Below, piece by piece: positions 59,064 to 64,000 of a stretch of 64,000 nt of DNA (position 1 is its first letter; each line of letters opens with the position of its first letter). Under the pieces are notes generated by a model. That model was given only the letters and a program-made list of their open reading frames with translations. It was not told the DNA's origin and did no database searches. The DNA is from Candidatus Gottesmanbacteria bacterium (GTDB lineage: Bacteria > Patescibacteriota > Microgenomatia > UBA10105 > UBA927), in contig JAUXTO010000013.1 of assembly GCA_030679255.1 (NCBI GenBank), forward strand, positions 84,383 through 148,382, written 5' to 3'. A program made the position numbers and the translations under genes.

Positions 59064-60263
59064 TTATTCATATCGTAATGCTTCGATGGGGTCAAGGCGC
59101 GCGGCGCGGATAGCGGGAGCAACGCCGAACACGATGCCGATGAGAGCGGAAAAACCCGATGCCAGAAATACGGACCAGAGGGTTACTTCCGTTTGGACAA
59201 ATGACCGGAGTGCGAGTGACCCCGCTCCCCCCAGGAGTATCCCGATGATACCACCGACTAAGCTCACGATCACTGATTCAATGAGAAATTGAAGGAGGAT
59301 GTCACGGCCTGTTGCTCCCACGGCTTTGCGAAGTCCTATCTCCCGCGTGCGTTCTGTAACAGATACCAGCATGATATTCATAATGCCAATCCCCCCAACG
59401 AGCAGCGAAATAGCTGCGATGCCTCCGAGCGCAATGGTGATGACGCTCAAAAATTGTGTGATAGTACTTAACAGTTCTTTCTGTTCAAGCACGGTAAAAT
59501 CATCTATTTTGAGCCGCCGGAGGAGTGTCCGGCGTATATCGCTTGCCGCCTCAACCACCGCGTCTTGATCGGAGGCCTCCACAAGCATCATAAACGGACG
59601 ACTTTGATTAAATTGCCGAAGTGCGGTCGTAAATGGAATGACTATCCGTTCATCAATATCCCCTCCGAGTGCCCCTCCACCGCCTTTTGACACTAATACA
59701 CCCTTAACTTGGTATCGGATATCTCCAATCGTTACCGTTTTTCCTACGGGTTCTGCATCTCCAAAAAGATCTTTCGCCGGTTTAGATCCCAACACCACAA
59801 CTTTGCGCGTACGTTCGACGTCGTTTTGCGTTATGACACTTCCTACGTCGGCAGAAAAATTTCCCATGGCGAAATAATTTTCCCATACCCCAAATATATC
59901 TGCGCGGGTAATTTCACCTTGGTAAGTAATCGTTCCTGCTTGTGTGACTACGGGAGTTACGTCTTTTATGACGACACTACCCCGCATGATATCAGTGACA
60001 TCACCAAGTTCAAATTTACTGACTGGCGTCGTGGGCCTGCCTCCGACGCGCTTCAGATCAACTTTTCCCGGCAATATAAATACTTTATTGGAGCCGAGAG
60101 ACGCAAACTGCTGAGTGACGTAGGCCTGAAGCCCTGTGCCGATGGATACGAGAAGTATGACCGATGCGACCCCGATGATAATCCCGAGCATCGTGAGAAT
60201 GGAACGGATTTTATTGGTCCGCAAAGCCCGCAGGGCAAGAATCATATATTCCATGATATTCAC
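59064..60263 (-). CDS. ABC transporter permease (MacB/FtsX-like)
   Basis: 399 aa. N-terminal transmembrane segment, large periplasmic domain, three C-terminal transmembrane segments (FtsX-like fold). Confidence 0.7.
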   Translation of the reverse strand: MNIMEYMILALRALRTNKIRSILTMLGIIIGVASVILLVSIGTGLQAYVTQQFASLGSNKVFILPGKVDLKRVGGRPTTPVSKFELGDVTDIMRGSVVIKDVTPVVTQAGTITYQGEITRADIFGVWENYFAMGNFSADVGSVITQNDVERTRKVVVLGSKPAKDLFGDAEPVGKTVTIGDIRYQVKGVLVSKGGGGALGGDIDERIVIPFTTALRQFNQSRPFMMLVEASDQDAVVEAASDIRRTLLRRLKIDDFTVLEQKELLSTITQFLSVITIALGGIAAISLLVGGIGIMNIMLVSVTERTREIGLRKAVGATGRDILLQFLIESVIVSLVGGIIGILLGGAGSLALRSFVQTEVTLWSVFLASGFSALIGIVFGVAPAIRAARLDPIEALRYE

Positions 60264-60955
60264 GGTCTCCCCACTTTCTTGTCTTCCACTATCTTCCCAT
60301 CCGCGATCCGGACAATCCGCCTCGCTTGACGGGCGACATCCGCGTCATGCGTGACGAGAATAATGGTTCTCCCGTTCTTATGCAGACCCTCAAATAATTC
60401 AAGTATCTCTGTGCCGGATTTGCTGTCCAGGTTTCCTGTGGGCTCGTCAGCCAGAAGTATCTGCGGATCGGTAACGAGTGCTCTTGCTATCGCCACCCGC
60501 TGCTGCTGCCCGCCGGAAAGTTGGGAAGGAAAATTATTGAGTTTATCGCCCAATCCCACCTGTCTGAGGATTTTTTCGGCGATACTCCGGCGCTCCCCCC
60601 CACCAATCCCGCGGTAAACCAATGGGAGTTCGACGTTGGCAATGGCCGACGTCCGGCGGAGTAAATTAAATTGTTGAAACACAAATCCGATTGACGTATT
60701 GCGGATACGGGCAAGGACGTGATCAGATGCATGGGATATATCTTGACCCACTATCTCGACCCTCCCCGCCGTTGGCCGGTCGAGGCATCCGATGATATGC
60801 ATGAGCGTTGATTTTCCGCTTCCGGATGGACCCATGATCGCAACGTATTCGCCGTGTTTGACCGATAGCGAAACATCACCGACAGCGGTAAACTCAACGC
60901 CATCCATCGTATAAATTTTGGATATGTGGGAAATACGGAGTACGTCTGATGTCAT
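60260..60955 (-). CDS. ABC transporter ATP-binding protein (MacB/LolD-type)
   Basis: [40 protein letters not shown]. Confidence 0.8.
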   Translation of the reverse strand: MTSDVLRISHISKIYTMDGVEFTAVGDVSLSVKHGEYVAIMGPSGSGKSTLMHIIGCLDRPTAGRVEIVGQDISHASDHVLARIRNTSIGFVFQQFNLLRRTSAIANVELPLVYRGIGGGERRSIAEKILRQVGLGDKLNNFPSQLSGGQQQRVAIARALVTDPQILLADEPTGNLDSKSGTEILELFEGLHKNGRTIILVTHDADVARQARRIVRIADGKIVEDKKVGRP

Positions 60956-60968
60956 GATGATAATGTTC

Positions 60969-62015
60969 TCATTGTGGGATATCTTTAAATCCTTTCACTA
61001 CTACGAGATCCCCTTCTGTAAGACCCGAGGTAACCACCGCTTCACCATCGCTTCGAGCTCCCAATTCAACCGTTGTCTTTTTATAGGTATTTCCTACTTT
61101 TTTATACACATACACTGCTTTTTGTTCTTCACGGACTGCTTCTATGGGTACGACAAATACGTCTGATTGAGTTTCCGTATGGATTGCAACATCACCGTTC
61201 ATACCAATCCGCACGGCCGATGCTGTAGCAACCGCAACCTCAACGGGAAACACCGTTGCCCCCCCACTTGATGTTTTAGCGGCAAATGCAATTTTAGAGA
61301 CCGTTCCGAAAAACGGAGCACTTGGATATGCATCCAAAGTTACCTTCGCTGTGCTCCCCAGAGAAATCGCGGCCACATCCACTTCGTCAACACTTGCCTC
61401 AAATACGAGAGAATTCGGATCAACAACTTCAAATACCGCTGTAGCTGGGGTAATATTTATTCCGGCAACCGGAGTGTCGACCCTAGTCACAATGCCCGTA
61501 ATTGGAGTAATAAGTGTCGAATATTCGAGAGAGAGATGTTTGAGTTCCACATCAAGGACTGCCTTCTCGAGATCCCACTGATTTTTCTCGAGAATACGCT
61601 TCACGGTATCGGTGAGCGCAGAGTCAGGATTTTTTATTCCTTTATACGTCACGCGCCACATCTCTTCAAAGTCATTTCGCTGGGCAGAATAATCGCGGAG
61701 AACCTTCTCTAGATTTTTTTGTACTTCCCGGCTGTCTAATTGGGCAATCGCCTGATATGCTTCAACCCGGTCCCCCTCTTTGACGCCGACCCACGTGAGC
61801 TTACCTGATGTTTGAAACTTCAATTCGACGGCGCGTGCAGCCTTTGTTTTTCCCGATGAAGCGATGGACTTGGTAAAATTTGTACGCCGTACCACAGCCG
61901 TCTGTATCGTGGAAACAGTCTTGACCGCTTGTTGTTGTTTGGTATACGCCACCCCTCCACCACCAGTAGCCAGTATACCTGCTAAGGCTAATGTGGCAAT
62001 ATATCGTTTTGTCAT
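60969..62015 (-). CDS. HlyD/MacA-family periplasmic adaptor (membrane fusion protein)
   Basis: N-terminal anchor, coiled-coil region, beta-barrel/lipoyl-like segments. It is operonic with the ABC ATPase and permease. Confidence 0.6.
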   Translation of the reverse strand: MTKRYIATLALAGILATGGGGVAYTKQQQAVKTVSTIQTAVVRRTNFTKSIASSGKTKAARAVELKFQTSGKLTWVGVKEGDRVEAYQAIAQLDSREVQKNLEKVLRDYSAQRNDFEEMWRVTYKGIKNPDSALTDTVKRILEKNQWDLEKAVLDVELKHLSLEYSTLITPITGIVTRVDTPVAGINITPATAVFEVVDPNSLVFEASVDEVDVAAISLGSTAKVTLDAYPSAPFFGTVSKIAFAAKTSSGGATVFPVEVAVATASAVRIGMNGDVAIHTETQSDVFVVPIEAVREEQKAVYVYKKVGNTYKKTTVELGARSDGEAVVTSGLTEGDLVVVKGFKDIPQ

Positions 62016-62075
62016 AAATGCAACGTATTATATACCCAAAAAGGCTCAAACTGTGAGGCGAACGCACTGAACAAA

Positions 62076-63773
62076 TTATCGTTCGAATAAAGGCTGGACG
62101 AGGTCTAATAATCTTTTTTTATTGTTTACTGTTTCGTCTTGAACAATTTCGCTTTCTCTCATTAATTGCTCGTATTGTACCCAATCGAGCTTGCGGGGTT
62201 TGTGAAGTTTTGACCCGTTTGGATGATCAATTTCCTCTTCAATAAGATGTACCGGAATATATCGATGAATCACCGGATCATGATCAATATTCTGGGTGAT
62301 GAGACCGAGTTTATGAGCCGCAATCAAACGCTCAATCTCAGGAAGTGCCCGTTTGATCTCAGAATGAATTGAGGGAGCGTCCGGATTATCACGCGTCTCT
62401 AAATAAAGAGATTTCTGACCATGGATGAGATTACTTATAGTCGGTGTGCCAATTTCCGGTGATGCAGCATTGACGACCACCCCTGAGGTATCCCCCACCG
62501 TGACATCAACGCCGTCACCTAATGACCGGGCGATCATATGTCTGGCAATTCGGATAGACGTTTCATTGCTCTCCAAATCAGCTCTCGGCATGTTACCTCT
62601 CCCGATCTCAAGCAAGCGGAAAATGACGAGCGCATCACCGGATTGATCAATCGTTTGTGTCGGCAATACATTATGCAGTATGCCGTCTACAATAGGATTT
62701 GATTCATTCGCGCCAACAAGCTTTACCAAATTGTTGGCTAAATTCCTGAGATACGTCCGTTTAAACCGGTTTCGGTCCGTGCTTGTAAACGGATGCGCAA
62801 GTTCAGATGCAAGCGCCGGGGAGGCTCCATTGATGGTATCGAAATCTTTATATTGCTGAAAATACTCAAGTGCCTCGAACCCGTTGGAAAATACCGTTCC
62901 ACGCAAATGTTGTTTTTTGTGATTTATTTTGTCTTCTAACAGCGACTTTGACTCCGACATTTCTTTTTTGACTTTAACGTTTTCAAGAACCGAAGAGAGA
63001 GCAGTATATTCATCGTCACTCCTGATACCATTCTTTGCGATACGGATTGCATCTTCCGCGCTTATGAGACCATGTTGAACTGCATGCCGGATATCTTCAA
63101 CAATCTGAATAAATCCGTCGAGTTGTATTTGTATATCTTTAAATCCCCCATCGCTCCAGTTGACCATGAGTGCCTCTGCTCCTGACGCACGAATTTGCTC
63201 GAGTATTGTTTTTTTGGCTATGGCATCAGCACGCAGAAATGATGCGTTGATAGACCCCATCCGAAGTTCCGGATCTAATGTGATTACGACACTTTTCCCT
63301 GTTTCGGCTAAAAAGTTTAACGCTGAAATATAGGTTTCTTCTTTTTTAGATTCCGGAGATAAATCCTGAAACCGTTCACTGGATATATCTTGAGAAAGAG
63401 CAATAAGTCCTTTTCTCCGCAATCCTTCTCCTGATCGGATCGTCTCTTCCTCGCGGATAAATTTTCCACCCCTCCAGTTGATACCTCCCGAATACACCAC
63501 GACTTGTATACCTTTTTCTTTCGCTTTTGCAAGAATCGTCGGAAGATCTGTTTTGTCATCTGCATGCAACGCTTCCGGAAGAAAAAAAACTGAAGCACCA
63601 AGACTGTACCGCTTCTCAACCCCTGCGTTCGTTAAAGATTTCGCTATTATCAAACTCAAATCTTCGCTTGCAACATTAATCCTATTAAACCGTTCCACAT
63701 GACGAGATTTTTCTGGAACCCCTGCCCCAAACCAGAGTGTTTTATTTTCTAATGGTTGTCCAACTTCTGCCAT
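62076..63773 (-). CDS. hypothetical soluble protein (565 aa), unknown function
   Basis: Long ORF with no recognisable motif. It is not membrane-associated. Confidence 0.3.
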   Translation of the reverse strand: MAEVGQPLENKTLWFGAGVPEKSRHVERFNRINVASEDLSLIIAKSLTNAGVEKRYSLGASVFFLPEALHADDKTDLPTILAKAKEKGIQVVVYSGGINWRGGKFIREEETIRSGEGLRRKGLIALSQDISSERFQDLSPESKKEETYISALNFLAETGKSVVITLDPELRMGSINASFLRADAIAKKTILEQIRASGAEALMVNWSDGGFKDIQIQLDGFIQIVEDIRHAVQHGLISAEDAIRIAKNGIRSDDEYTALSSVLENVKVKKEMSESKSLLEDKINHKKQHLRGTVFSNGFEALEYFQQYKDFDTINGASPALASELAHPFTSTDRNRFKRTYLRNLANNLVKLVGANESNPIVDGILHNVLPTQTIDQSGDALVIFRLLEIGRGNMPRADLESNETSIRIARHMIARSLGDGVDVTVGDTSGVVVNAASPEIGTPTISNLIHGQKSLYLETRDNPDAPSIHSEIKRALPEIERLIAAHKLGLITQNIDHDPVIHRYIPVHLIEEEIDHPNGSKLHKPRKLDWVQYEQLMRESEIVQDETVNNKKRLLDLVQPLFER

Positions 63774-64000
63774 ACACTACTATTACCGCATAAATCGAAT
63801 CACTGCACAAGTCAAAAGAAAAAACCCGGAGTGTCTTAAGGAATTTTTGGATAATGGCATTTCTTCCATTTCTTGCCGCTCCCGCAGGGACACGGATCGT
63901 TGCGACCAAGTTTTTTGGGTACGACGGATGATTGAGGACGTACGTCTGATGACACAAGAGTACTTGGTTGCATCGTTTTTATTGGTTTTTCGATAACAGG

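Noticed and set aside
63774-64000. Possible gene or RNA in the terminal 227 nt (ORF 63742-63957)
   Set aside because: The small ORF overlaps the upstream region of the 565-aa gene and has no motif. This is more likely a promoter or 5' region, and the window ends before anything can be judged.

Overview
This 64 kb window is gene-dense (about 60 CDS, almost all on the minus strand). It has moderate GC, TGA is used as a stop codon, and there are no rRNA genes, tRNA genes or CRISPR arrays. The gene content and compact overlapping organisation look like a small-genome, possibly CPR/Patescibacteria-type bacterium.

Positions 1 to about 42.6 kb form one very large cell-envelope glycosylation super-locus. 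It holds at least 7 ArnT/PMT-like (GT39/GT83-type) GT-C membrane glycosyltransferase paralogs, 3 YfhO-family proteins, and 3 PTPS-related polytopic membrane proteins. It also holds 7 GT2 enzymes (three Dpm1/GtrB-like polyprenyl-phosphate sugar synthases, one fused to GtrA), a GT4 enzyme, a Wzx-like flippase, a SAM methyltransferase, SDRs, a GDP-mannose-dehydratase-like enzyme, UDP-glucose dehydrogenase and a complete rmlABCD set. A DinD/Bro-N gene sits unexpectedly in the middle of this locus.

Positions about 42.6 to 64 kb are mainly housekeeping. Genes here include a TsaC-TsaB fusion plus tsaE, a VanZ-like protein, ftsE-ftsX-envC-like, prfB, an NRAMP-related (NRMT-like) transporter, ruvCAB, dsbA-like, an RHH/RelE-ParE toxin-antitoxin pair and a MacAB-like ABC efflux set.

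The most unusual sequence-level observation is a short palindromic repeat carrying TTTTGAC heptamers. It occurs three times (two full copies, one partial), each time inside the first ~50 codons of an unrelated minus-strand gene (tsaE, a GT-C transferase, a GT2 transferase). Each copy is open in the frame in which it is read, so it adds about 12-25 residues.
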